From positions 23,560,001-23,624,000 of the forward strand of contig NC_043012.1 in assembly GCF_006345805.1 (NCBI RefSeq): DNA of 64,000 nucleotides, given 5' to 3'. Shown one piece after another: positions 12,454 to 24,394 of the stretch. Both the position numbers and the translations under genes were made by a program. Positions within the stretch are counted from its first letter, which is position 1. Every line of letters starts with the position of its first letter. The notes beneath the pieces are model-generated. The model saw nothing but the letters and a program-made list of their open reading frames with translations. It made no database searches and was not told the DNA's origin. This DNA comes from Octopus sinensis. Its lineage: Eukaryota.

Positions 12454-13349
12454 CATATGTGTATGCATATACATATGTGTATGTATTTTAATTAGATATA
12501 TATCGTTGCTATCATGTTAAACTGTCATATGTCCAAACTTGGCCAAATGTGTTCTTTTTCAATATTTAAATTTGCTTGCAAAAGCTGGTTCATTTGGTCA
12601 AACTATCGTCTCTCCAGCTGCTTCAGATGCAAAGATATCAAAATGTAGTACTATGGTATTGCTATGGAAACTAATTTTTCATTTTCTGAAAAAGCAACAT
12701 TTTGGACTTACAACACTTTTACATAATAGCATTTATATATATATATATATATATGAAAATATACACACGTGTGTGTGTAGTTTATATATATGTGTGTGTG
12801 TGTGTGTATTTTATATATATATATATATGTGTGTGTGTGTATATATATATATGTGTGTGTATACATATATATATGAAATTTTTTTCAATTAAAGAATTTC
12901 CTCTCTATTTTCAGAGTGATTAAAATCATGATTTCTCTATGGGTAAAGATTTTTTTTTTTGTTTTGTAGTTGCTGTTATGAAAATATTTTGTCTGTGAGC
13001 AATATGGACTTTAGTTAAAGCAACAAAAGTGATTGCAAGCGATATATGCATGTGTGTGTGTATGTATGTGTAAGTGTATATATATATATATATATATATA
13101 TAGGTGAAAAAAAATTATTGGCAAGGGATATAATAGAAACCAAGAGTGATGCGAAAAATAAAGAAAATGATTGAAATATATTCCCAAGGGAAAATAAAAG
13201 GCCTTTTTTCTTTTTATAGAATTAGGTAAATATAAATTGGAAAATGTTTAATGTTAAAAGAGAAAAATGGAATTAACTTCACTAATTTATTAATGGGCAG
13301 GTTTTAAGAGAAATTCTTTTACTTCTTATTCATATTATTATAAAAGCAG

Positions 13350-13503
13350 TGGGATGGCAGAACTGTTAGCATGCTGGGTAAAATGCTTAACATGTCATTA
13401 CATTCTGAGTTCAAAATCTGCTGAAGTCAACTTAGCCTTTCATCCTTTCAGGGTCAATGAAAATAAGTGTCATTTGAGCACTGAAGTCAATGTAATCAAC
13501 TTA
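13350..13503 (+). mobile_element. S2 SINE, diverged and 3'-truncated
   Basis: GATGGCAGAACTGTTAGC...GAGTTCAAAATCTGCTGAAGTCAACTTAGCCTTTCATCC. Confidence 0.7.
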
Positions 13504-13858
13504 TCACCACCATCATCACATTTAACGGCCACTTTCCATGCTGGCATGGGTTGGATGGTTTGACTGGGGACTGGCAAGCCAGGATGCTGTACCAGGCTCC
13601 AATCTGAACTGGCAATGTTTTTACAGCTGGATGCCCTTCCTAACACCAACCACTCCTTGAGTTTAGTGGGTGGTTTTTACATGCCACCAGCACGGGAGCC
13701 TATCAGGCGGCACTGGCATTGACCATGCTCAAATGGTGCTTTTTATGTGCCACTGGTATGGGTGCCAGTCAGGCAGTACTGGCATCGGCCACGACAGTGA
13801 TTTTATTTGACTCAATAGGTCTTCTCAAGCACAGCACATTGCCCGACAATTGAAGGGA
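13503..13858 (-). mobile_element. S3 copy directly joined to an RTE RT fragment
   Basis: CATTTAACGGCCACTTTCCATGCTGGCATGGGTTGG through GCCCGACAATTGAAGGG. Confidence 0.8.
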
Positions 13859-14130
13859 ACTTGATGCTAAGGCCCTTTGATTCTAGACCTTGCTTCTACA
13901 CTTGAAACCTCTCTAGATCTGGTAGGGACTCAGCTATTAGAGCAAGGTCATCAGCATAGAAGAGCTCCCAGGAGCAAACCTGTCGTGAATTCCTCTGTTA
14001 TTGTCTGGAGGACTATGATGAATAAGAGATGGCTGCGGACTGACCATTGGTGGACTCCTATTCCTACCTCAAATTCTTCACTATACTCATTGCCAACCTT
14101 CACCTTACTGACAGTGTCCCTGTACATAGT
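13858..14130 (-). pseudogene. RTE-clade LINE reverse transcriptase fragment (domains 4-5)
   Basis: Translates with a frameshift to MYRDTVSKVKVGNEYSEEFEVGIGVHQ(W)SV..LLFIIVLQTITEEF..PWELFYADDLALIAESL..KQGLESKGL, including the QG-type and YADD motifs. Confidence 0.88.
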
Positions 14131-14274
14131 TCTCCCCCAAAATTGCTGGCCTTGTGCAAAACTTTTAAATCATCATTATTATTATAACTCCTTTAACAAT
14201 AAACTGGTAGAAATATTAGCATGGTATACAAAATGCAGTTTGGCATTTCTTCTGGTTTCATGTCCTGGCTTCAA

Positions 14275-14309
<35 letters not shown>

Positions 14310-14321
14310 CATCATCATTGT

Positions 14322-14520
14322 TGTGGCAGGCTGGCAGAATCATCAACACACCAGACAAGAATGCTTAGCAGTATTTCTGTAGTGACACTGTATCCTGAGT
14401 TCAAATGCTCGAGGTCAACTTTGCCTTTTATTTTTCCTGGGTTGATAAAATACAATATCAATGAGGAACTGGAGTCCCCTTCCACTAAAAACTGCTGGCC
14501 TTGTACCCAAATTGAAGAAG
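14322..14520 (+). mobile_element. S2 SINE following a (TTA)n tract
   Basis: GGCAGGCTGGCAGAATCATC...GAGTTCAAATGCTCGAGGTCAACTTTGCC. Confidence 0.7.
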
Positions 14521-14755
14521 AATATTGTTTAAGGGAATAAAGTGAGAGCAGATTTTGAATTAAGGAAGGGAGACAATCCATTGCACTTCCTCCTCCTCCT
14601 TCTCCCTCACTACTTTATTCTCCTCACCTGTAGCCTATGGTTTAAAATGCAAATTTGATATAAACAGGATATCAATCTCAGTGTGAACTAAGACAGAAGT
14701 TAAGTCCCTACCTGACATAAACTTTGGTTTGCAACAGAAAATATATTTAATCTTT

Positions 14756-15351
14756 GAGCAAGAGTGGCTGTGTGGTAAGTAGCTTGTTTACCAACCACAT
14801 GGTTCTGGGTTCAGTCCCACTGTGTGGCACCTTGGGCAAGTGTCTTCTACTATAGCCTCGGGCCGACCAAAGCCTTGTGAGTGGATTTGGTAGACGGAAA
14901 CTGAAAGAAGCCCATCGTATATATGTATATATATATATATATATGCGTGTGTGTGTTTGTGTGTCTGTGTTTGTCCCCCTAGCATTGCTTGACAACCGCT
15001 GCTGGTGTGTTTATGTCCTTCCTATTTAGTCAAGTAAAATCACTGTCGTGGCCGATGCCAGTACTGCCTGACTGGCACCCATACCAGAGGCACATAAAAA
15101 GCACCATTTGAGCTTGGTCAATGCCAGTGCCGCCTGATAGGCTCCCATGCTGGTGGCATGTAAAAACCACCCACTAAACTCAAGGAGTGGTTGGTGTTAG
15201 GAAGGGCATCCGAACTTAGCGGTTCGGCAAAAGAGACCGATAGAATAAGTACTGGGCTTACAAAAGAATAAGTCCCGGGGTCGAGTTGCTCGATTAAAGG
15301 CGATGCTCCAGCATGGCCACAGTCAAATGACTGAAACAAGTAAAAGAGTAA
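14756..15351 (+). mobile_element. S1 SINE interrupted at 15021-15211 by an inverted local duplication
   Basis: S1 sequence stops after GTGTTTATGTC and resumes at ACTTAGCGGTTCGG, continuing to the GTAAAAGAGTAA tail. Confidence 0.88.
15021..15211 (+). repeat. 191-bp inverted copy of 13629-13819
   Basis: By-eye alignment gives 5 mismatches in 191 bp; both copies share variants (e.g. CCTTGAGTTTAGTGGGTGG) not seen in the other S3 copies I compared. Confidence 0.9.
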
Positions 15352-15811
15352 GACACCAAACAGAAGAAAGTGAAAGAAGAGAACTGCATTCACATGTTTC
15401 GAGTAGGTTGTTCCTTGGTTTCAATGGTGTCAAAGATTATAACTCATTTGACAACAATAAAACAAAACCAATTAAAAGCTTGTGAAACCCAGGAAGAATG
15501 TTTAAAGATCGTAGAAAGTGTAACTAAACTGTAGCCTGAATGAGTTAGATTAGGCTTGGAATGCCTTCTGTCAGATTCTGAATAAACTTGGAGAGGTTTT
15601 TGTAAATCTTGAGAAGTTTCCTACAGTTTTATTGTCATCATCATTGATGCCGTCATAACTTTATCGCAATTTTAATGTCTACTTTCCATGTTTGCATGAA
15701 TCTGACATGGCTTTCTCAATGTAAATGATTCCATGGCTGAATCCCCATCCTGACATCAAGTTTTGTATATTTCCAAGTTAGGCAATACTTCCCCGCCGAA
15801 TCAATCAAACA

Positions 15812-16026
15812 ACAAACAAACTGGACATCAGTTGGCAGAACGACAACGTTACATGGATGTAAATATACCAACAGCAAGTGTCAAGCAACAGTATGGAACA
15901 AATACACAGATACACACAAACAAACTGGACACCAGTTGGCAGAACGACAAAGTTACATGGATGTAAATATACCAACATCAATTGTCAAACAACAGTCGTG
16001 AACAAACACACAGATACACACAAACA
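15812..16026. repeat. 104-bp diverged tandem duplication inside a decayed SINE 3' part
   Basis: CTGGACA(T/C)CAGTTGGCAGAACGACAA at 15821 and 15925. Confidence 0.85.
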
Positions 16027-16286
16027 CATTGGGATTCTTTCAGTTTCCAGCAGACAAGTCCACTCATAAAGCATTGGTTGGCCCAAGGCTTTAGAACGAG
16101 ACATCTACCCAAGGAGATGCACAGTGGGACTGAATATAATACCATGCAGTAGGAAGGCAAACTCCACAGAGGCAGACGAATGCCTAAAGCTTCACCAACA
16201 AGAACAATTTCTACTTATAGGGGGAGACAACTCAATTCACCTCTTAAAGCGTCAATGCTACGGAAGTTCCTTCTTGAGTTACTCAC

Positions 16287-16343
16287 CTGACATGTTGTTA
16301 CTCTCCAAATGTGACATTGAATCTAAGTTATCTGTTCTGGCAC
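16287..16343 (-). CDS. Candidate 57-nt internal exon of an unidentified gene (G-ARTDNLDSMSHLESNNMS-G)
   Basis: Minus strand TTTCTAG|GTGCC...TGTCAG|GTGAGT: consensus donor, plausible acceptor, one open frame, symmetric phase 1-1; no homology recognised. Confidence 0.3.
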
Positions 16344-17042
16344 CTAGAAACTAGGTCACATGATTTTCCTGTACATAGGGCTAATTTAGTTACTTCTACA
16401 CATCAATGATTTGAAAGAAGAAAAAAAAAACAGGATAAAGAAGAAATATAAACACTACAAATAATAAAATTGTATAAGAAGTTAAATAAATGAAAAGTTT
16501 AAATAGAGATAAGCAATTATAAACATAAATAATGGAAATATCTTCACCTAAGATGTGGTACAAAAAAAAATGTGGAAGCCATATTTTAGAAGCCAAGCTT
16601 GTTTATTATTTTTTTTTTTTTGCATGAATTTTGTGTATTTCAAATTTTTTTTTTTTGTTTACTATTTTTAATAGTTTCTTTTTGTCTCTATTTTATTTAT
16701 TTATTTTGTTTGTTTGTTCATGTGTTTATTATCAGCAGTTAGCTTAATGACTTGAAGTTTATCTCTAAACTGTAAATGAAGAACTGCTAAGTACTTCAAC
16801 TGACAGTTAAGGAGTCAAAGCCTAGTTGACTTGTGCAGCAGCAACAACAACAGCATCATTGTTATCATCATCATCATCTTCATCAACAATAACAATACAG
16901 ACACCAGTAGTGAAATACTTTGCAAGATGCTGTTGCCATATAACCCTTTTTCTCACTGAATTAATTGAGTATTTGACATAACACTTTAAAGCAATTATCC
17001 AAAGCTGACTCGACTTCCAGCTACCAAATATAGTCATATCTA

Positions 17043-17205
17043 ATCTACTACTACTACTACTACTACAACTGCTGCTGCTGCTGCTGCTACTACTATTACT
17101 ACTACCACTACTACTACTACTACTACATCTACTACTACTACTACTACATCTACTACTACTACTACTACTACATCTACTACTACTACTACTAGTAGTAGTA
17201 GTAAC
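17043..17205. repeat. (CTA)n/(CTG)n compound microsatellite
   Basis: Directly visible. Confidence 0.9.
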
Positions 17206-17719
17206 TGATCATGTCAGAAATAGGAGAAATTTATGTACGACACACAATATCAATGGCCATTCAGTACCTTAGTAAAAGAACAGAAAAGTCACACACACAC
17301 ACACACACGAACACACGGACACACACACGCATGCACACACCCTGAATGACTAAACAAGTGTTATCTTTTAGGGTTTGCATATCTCAGCTGAGACTAACTT
17401 GTATCAAAATTTCATTAACTCTCAGAAACAATACTCAAGTCGAAATCTAAGAAATTGCATCAGGCACCCTGAGTTGTCATTACTTTAGCTGGCGGCATAT
17501 AAAAAGCACTATCTGAATGTGATCGATGCCAGGGTTGCCAGACTGGCTCCCATGCCAGTGGCACATAAAAAGCACCAGCTAATGTTTCTGCCAGCTCGCC
17601 GCCTTAACACTGTCAATGTGTACCTTTTCTGCTTTTTCTCAGATAAATGGAAAAAGTAGTTTCTATGGTATTTATTGGTTTACTAGAATTTTAATTTCCT
17701 CCACTTTGAAATTTATATT

Positions 17720-18103
17720 GTTTGTACTTTTTCCTTCCACTTGTTTCAGTGATTGGACTATAGCCAGGCTGGGGCATTGGTTTGAAGGGTTTTAGACAAA
17801 CACACTTAGTTTTCAAGTAAGTTAGTTTCTTTTGCTGAACAGCTAAGTTACAGGGGACACAAACAAACCAACAGCAGTTGTCACACAGTGGAAACAGTGG
17901 GGACAAACAAACTCAAAGACATGCATATGCATACATACAGACATATGTGTGCATGCATCAGGCTTCCACACAGTTTCCATCAACTAAATTCACTCACAAA
18001 GCTTGTTTGGACCAGGGCTATAGCAGACGACACTTTGCCAAGGTGTACAAGGATTGAACCCAGGGCCACATAGTTACAAATCAAGCACCATAACCACACA
18101 GCC
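17720..18103 (-). mobile_element. S1-type SINE, diverged
   Basis: Revcomp TGGCTGTGTGGTTATGG...CCTTGGCAAAGTGTCGTC...GACTGAAACAAGT-like end. Confidence 0.7.
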
Positions 18104-18469
18104 ATTATTATAATATTTTTTTGTTGTTTATTTGTGAATTTGATTATTATTTCGTTAAGTAAGAACCAGACTGTTGTGTATTCATGAAAAATGAATGTCA
18201 AACTTAACTTTACTATCAATTCTTTAAGGAAACACTTTTTGGGATACAAACTATTTTAATTAAAACATTCCAGTAGGATAAGCATTTTCAAAGAATGGTA
18301 AATTTTGCAATGTCTACCTTTCTCAAAGACAAGACTGGTGTGTGTGTGTGTGTGTGTGTATGAAGAAAGAGAGAGTGAAAAACAGGAAGCGGGTTTCTTT
18401 AGACACTCATCTAGGTCATATTTATAGCAAGATTTTCTGCCTGAACCATTTCCATTGTTATTCAGTAAA

Positions 18470-18805
18470 TTTCCTATAATTTGCTAAGTTTTTCTGCCTG
18501 TGTTTCACTGTAGCTAGACGAAGTATTATAGCTGTTTGTTAGATTCAAGAATAGAACAATATCGAAGGATAGTACTTGAGTCTTTTATGTATAACCTCAT
18601 CAAGATATTGTTCCAGCCAGCTTAGCGGAAACTGAGTAACTAGTTGAGGTGCCATATACCCTTTTGGAATCATTCCAGCAATCCAAGCACTTGTTTATCT
18701 AACACTATTGTCTTGGTTGTCTGTTGAAATCTTTGGTCAAGAAGAGAGAGATTTTGAACAGGGCATCACAAAAATGGACAGAGACAGATGCATAATCAGC
18801 ACCAA
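18470..18805 (-). pseudogene. Highly decayed LINE RT fragment (domains 0-2)
   Basis: GADY..LTKDFN..SAWIAGMIPKG..YLDEVIHKRLKYY..LESNKQL..TGRKT follows the GPD..IFN..W..G.IP..W..IIxxRL..LE.N..GRST pattern; by eye only. Confidence 0.45.
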
Positions 18806-19008
18806 AATATCGTTTGTTGAATTTTTTTGTTAGGGTGGGGAATGCTGGGGGGTGGGTGGGTAGGTAGGTAGTTGAGTAGATTATTACAAACTGATGTAAT
18901 TATTATATTTCAACATTTAGCTTCCTGTTCTTTGAAGTATATTCTAACAAAAATAAAATTAATGATAAAAAGGGAAATTTGGAAAATACTGCAATAACGA
19001 CAACTATG

Positions 19009-19045
<37 letters not shown>

Positions 19046-19675
19046 ATAATAATAATAATGATGATAATGATAATACTAACAATTTAAAACCTCAATGCAA
19101 ATAGTTTTAGGAAATTTTTCAAGAACATCTTGAAGACAAAGGATGGTAGCAATGCGTGATGTGATTAAATTAACCTTTAAAAACTCTGCTATTTTAAAAA
19201 CACGATATCAATAAAATAATAAATTATCTAACAGATATAGTTTTAATACTAATATAAAACAACAATGATTTTAAAAGCTATTAGTAAAAACAACAATATT
19301 TAGCATGCAGAAATAAAATTATTACTAATAGCTATTTTAAAAGTAACATTATTACTAATAGGTATTTTAGTCTCATCACAACCTCTTCATCATTGCTTCT
19401 GCCATCATTTTTATCACTCCACCCACCACCGACCTCACCACCCTTACTACCATCATATCCTTAGCAAGTTTATAGACAATATCATCATGTATCATAATGT
19501 GTCTCTCTGTATTTATATGTATTATGTTGGTACATACACAGATTCATGACATATATGCGTACAAATGTCCTTGTGTCTCTCTCTCTGTACGCAAATTTGT
19601 GAGTCACCATGTCTTAAAGTATATGTGTATGTATACATATACGCTTAAACATGTGTATATATACATATATACTTC

Positions 19676-19755
<80 letters not shown>

Positions 19756-21489
19756 ATATACTGATACTCGTACACACACAACACACACAAACATATGTAT
19801 ATATATATTATATACACAAAAATGTATGTGTGTATATATATATATATATTATATATATATATATGTACGCATACACATATATATACTTAAATACAAATTC
19901 ATAAATATATATAGTGAATAGATACACACACACACACACACACACACATATGTATGGTGTTTGTGTGCTTGTATAATGTCCATGAAAGTAGGTGTATATG
20001 TAGAAATCTCTATGAATCTTTATGGGTTGTGTGTGTTTGAGTGTGTCTGGGTTTCCGTGCACGAACATTCAATTTTGTGACTAAATTGATAATATTAAAT
20101 TAAAAAATTATATTTCCCAGACAAATCTTAACATTATTTTCCTAATGAAATAAATGGCATTGTTTTCATTCTCGTTACCTTGTCTGACACCATTATTAGC
20201 CACCTTCCTTGCTTCCTGTTTTTCTTCTTCTCCAAGAAGTCTTGGTGCAGAGATCAGGTTTCACCAAACACTGAAGAATTTTAGCAATAGATATGTAGTG
20301 CCTTCAAAATCAATAGCAAGGCTTGATAAGCTATCATAACATCATTCTCATTATAATCAGCACTTTCTGTAAAAAGAGCCCAAAATTTATAGCAGATATT
20401 TTCAACAGCTGTTTGACAAATGCCTGTCCAATCACAATGAAATATTATGCAATTGAAAAGTTCACCTTGCAAGCAATGAGTTTTAAGTTCCTTTGTAACA
20501 AAAGCAGAGTTTTCTACAATAGCCATAAGTTGAACCAAGCTTTGCAATTGAAATCTGGCAGAAAGAAACTGTATAAGATCAGTGTAAGCACTATTGTTTC
20601 TCATTGGAAGATTTAAAACATTATCTGGTTTAACATAAAGGTCCTAACAGCTGTTTCGTGGGTGTCTTTACCATGCTCTATTCAGTTGCAAGTATTTGGA
20701 CCAAGTCTCTCTTGTCTGAAGACGACTTCAATCACTCGCTGAAACCCTGTTAACCATCTCTCTGAGTGGTTGATAAATATCAATTTAGCCACAAAATGTA
20801 ATGTTCATGCATGGAAACCCAGACACTTAAACACACAAACCTATATGAATTTATATAAATTTCCACGCATATATAGATTTTGCATATGTGTGTGTATACC
20901 TGTCTTTAAAGAGTTATAGTTGATGGTCATCCTCCTCTGGCTAAGCAAATTAAAAGAAACAAAGGGACACCCGTTGACTCCTGATCATTAGTGTTGATTA
21001 GGTACCTGAATCTGCAGTGTTTTTAAATTTTTCTTTGACTTTTTAATATTTTTCATTTATTATTGTTACAATCATGTTTTTTGTTCAAAGTAAAACCAAC
21101 GGCCAATACAACTTAGTGCTGGCTGCTCTCATCAAAAGAAAATACAGAAGGTCAAGAGCTGAAATCAATTCTAATGGAGACATTTTGTGCAATACTTGAA
21201 CAATTCTTCTGAACATTTCCCCAAAATATGCACATTGTTCTACTGACCACAGGAGAAAAGGTAAAGTCAATTTGCGCAGGATTTGAGATGAGACCATAAA
21301 GAACTGGAGTAAACAATCCCAAAGCATTTGATGTAATGATATGATAATGCCGCCAGTACTCCATGGATACAGTTACAAAATACTTAAATGCACAAATACT
21401 GAATATTTTCAAGTTTGTGCTATACAAGGCTCTCTTCAATTATATCTAAAAGGCACAGAATAATAATGATGAGGAAAATAATAATCTTT

Positions 21490-21952
21490 TCTAGTATAGG
21501 CACAAGGCCTGAAATTTTGGTGGAGAGGACTAGGCAATTACACTGACCCTGATAAAGTAAGAAAGGTAAAGTGAACCTCAGTGGAATTTGAATTCAGAAT
21601 GTAAGGATGGACGAAATGCTGTGAATTATTTCAGCTGGCATGCTAATACTCCTGCTAGCTCACAATAATAATAATAATAATGATGATGATAATAATAATA
21701 ATAATAATAAAAATAATAATGATGATGATGATGATGGTTTCAAATTTTGTCACAAGGGCAGCCATTTAGGGGGAAAAGGATGTGTCAATTACATCCACCC
21801 CAGTGTTCAACTGGTACTTAATTTATCGACTCCGAGAGGATGAAAGAGAAAGTCATCATTGGTGGAATTTGAACTCAGAACATAAGGATGGACGAAATGC
21901 CATGAAGCATTTCGGCTGGAGTGCTAATGTTTTTGCCAGCTCACCACCTTAA
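21490..21952 (-). mobile_element. Two tandem S2 SINEs separated and flanked by (TAA)n
   Basis: Cores CTCAGTGGAATTTGAATTCAGAATG and GGTGGAATTTGAACTCAGAAC; head GCCAGCTCACCACCTT (revcomp AAGGTGGTGAGCTGGC). Confidence 0.75.
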
Positions 21953-21990
21953 TAATAATAATAATAATAATAAAAATAATAATAGTGATA

Positions 21991-22032
<42 letters not shown>

Positions 22033-22484
22033 CAATAGTAAATAATACAGTCTCCATTGGTTAAGACTTTGTACATGTACACACAGACCTAGGCAAGTTT
22101 GGACCAATATAGCTTGGCACCAGTGTTATAGTAGCTCAGTGCTGAGAGAGTGCAATGAACCAGAACAGACAACAAGAGACAGCCTTCCTAACTGTTTATT
22201 TAGTCTGTCAGTGTACTAACCTTAAATTGTTCTTTCCTTTATTACCAACCCCAAAAGGGTAAGAAGCAAAGTAGACTTCAGCAAAATTTGAACCGAGAGC
22301 ACAGAGCATTGCAATAGCTGGTGTGGGACATTCTATTCAACATCCTAATGGTGCTAACACTTCACTGCTTTAAAACAAGAATAATAACTGCCATGAATGA
22401 CAGGTCTCTGGCTACAAAGCACTTCATGTGAACTTTATTAAATAGCTTCTCATACTAGTAACTAAGCAACTAACGGGGGTGGAG

Positions 22485-23221
22485 ATACTTTGGCTGAATG
22501 CCTTCTAGTATATCCCTGGGCTGACTAAAGCCTTGTGAACAAACTTGGTACATGGAAATCATGGATTCCTAAGTATTTGTAAGTTTGGCTTTGGTCTAAT
22601 GCTTTTATTTCACTGGTTTTATCTAGTGTGATGTTGCTACTCTTAACTAGTTTTCCTCTTTTCAGGGTTACTTTGGCGCATTTTTCTAATCCAAATTTCA
22701 TATCTATTTCTTTGGTAAATCCATGAACTGTCATTAATAGTGTTTCCAGCTGTTTGTCATTTGCAGCGTATAGTTTTAGGTCATCCATATATAAAAGGTG
22801 GCTGATCGTTTTGCTGTAACATTTATATCCGCATCCAGCTCTATTTAGCATATGAGATAGAGGTGACAGTGCCAAGCAGAAAAGGAGTGGAGAGAGCGTG
22901 TCTCCCTGGAATATTCCTCTTCTAATGGGGATGGCTTTGGTTTTCATGTGTGTGTGTGTGCACAGGGGTGCATTTGTGTCGTGTTGTCTTGATGTCGTAC
23001 TATGGTTGTAAATGAGCATCACCATCATACAAGTGGTGTCATTCACTTCCAATCTTCTGTAAAAACAAGTGCCAACATGTGGAAATATTACACTGTTTGG
23101 AAACACGTGAGGGTTAGTGACAGGAAAGGCATCTAACTGTAGAAAATATGCTTCAGTTAGCTCCATCCAACTCATACAAGCATGAAAATGTGAACAGTGA
23201 TATAATAATGCTGATGATGAT
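22485..23221 (+). mobile_element. Composite SINE (S1-like 5' part, S3-like (GAT)n 3' end) interrupted by a Dong RT fragment
   Basis: 5' GACTAAAGCCTTGTG; 3' GTGACAGGAAAGGCATCTAACTGTAGAAAA...GCATGAAAATGTG...GATGATGA. Confidence 0.6.
22561..22947 (-). pseudogene. R4/Dong-clade non-LTR retrotransposon RT fragment, stop-free
   Basis: KTKAIPIRRGIFQGDTLSPLLFCLAL...ISHLLYMDDLKLYA...MKFGLEKCA...TYKYLGI: IFQGD, YMDD, FGLEKC and YKYLG motifs typical of R4/Dong RTs. Confidence 0.9.
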
Positions 23222-24275
23222 ACTAAATAGAGTGTAACCTATTCATGTACATTATGTCTGAATCACATAAAAACATTTTGTATCCAAACCTCTTCAGAGC
23301 GTAGCTTCGCTGCATTTTCAGAGTCAAAACATTTAGTTTCTGAAGAGCTACTAGAAATAGTGAAAGCAGAAATTGTGTTGGTAAAACAATAAATCTGTAA
23401 AATATAACTATACATTCTACTGTTACTTATATAAATTATTTTGTGAGTTTGAATAGGAGTTTTGCCTTGAATATTCAATCAAAACTTTTCTCATACATAC
23501 ATGTATGGCAGTTTGTTGACAAATTTTTCTGCTTTGTAAGTGTGATTTACCCAAAGTTTTCTGCCATCCAAACAGCACCTCTGTGTTTGAAAATAAATTA
23601 TTATCTTATTTGCATATATATATATATATATAATGATGTTGAGAATATAGGAAGATATTTCAATCTCAGCAATATACATACATATGAGTATGTATGTATG
23701 TATGTATTAACATGTGTGTGTGTGTATAATAATGTCATCTACTCCTTTGCGATACAGAAAATAAAAAGTAAATTAAATTATAAAAAAAAGATTTAGCAAA
23801 TGAAATACCATTCTTTAAATTATCTTATGGAAAAGAATAAGGGAGAGCTGGAGCCGTATAAACCATTTCCAAAAAGGAGTCTCCCCCTTGTAAAGAATAG
23901 TAAATGTGGAATATTTATTTATTTTAAGTGTGAACTGTGACTTCAAAGTGTTGCCAAGGAAGCTTATAAAACAGTTGTCATGTATGTGTGTGTCTGTATG
24001 CAAGCACCTGCTTGCATGCACACACACACACACTATATAATCACCATGGCATTGTTTACCTATTTACAATCAATTATTGTATTTAAAGGCAGCAAGGGGA
24101 TAGCTAAATTAATGAAAGAACAAATTTTAATAATGTTGCAGAGTCCATTCCTTTTCAAGCTGGATCTTGCAAAGCATCTAAGCTGCATTTCGAGGATTTT
24201 TTAAACAGATGAAACGACTTAATACACGCAAAATTTATTGTAAATCTTTGGTGTATCTCAAGAATTTAGTAATAC

Positions 24276-24394
24276 AGCTTCAAGTAGAGAACACCCAGCT
24301 GGAAAGATATCTTTTCAAGTAGGTAACTAGTTTCAAGAAATGTAGAAGAGGGATTGGAGGAGATCAATAGCATGTTATATCTAAAAGAGGTCAA
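24276..24394. repeat. Unassigned ~120-bp interspersed repeat, copy 1
   Basis: AGCTTCAAGTAG..CCCAGCTGGAA.GATAT...TTCAAGTAGGTAACT shared with 25691-25803. Confidence 0.75.

Noticed and set aside
12583-12655. Peptide similarity (VS...SDAKI..C) to the 24.8-kb island
   Set aside because: Only about 17 codons and found by eye; it does not extend, so chance is sufficient.
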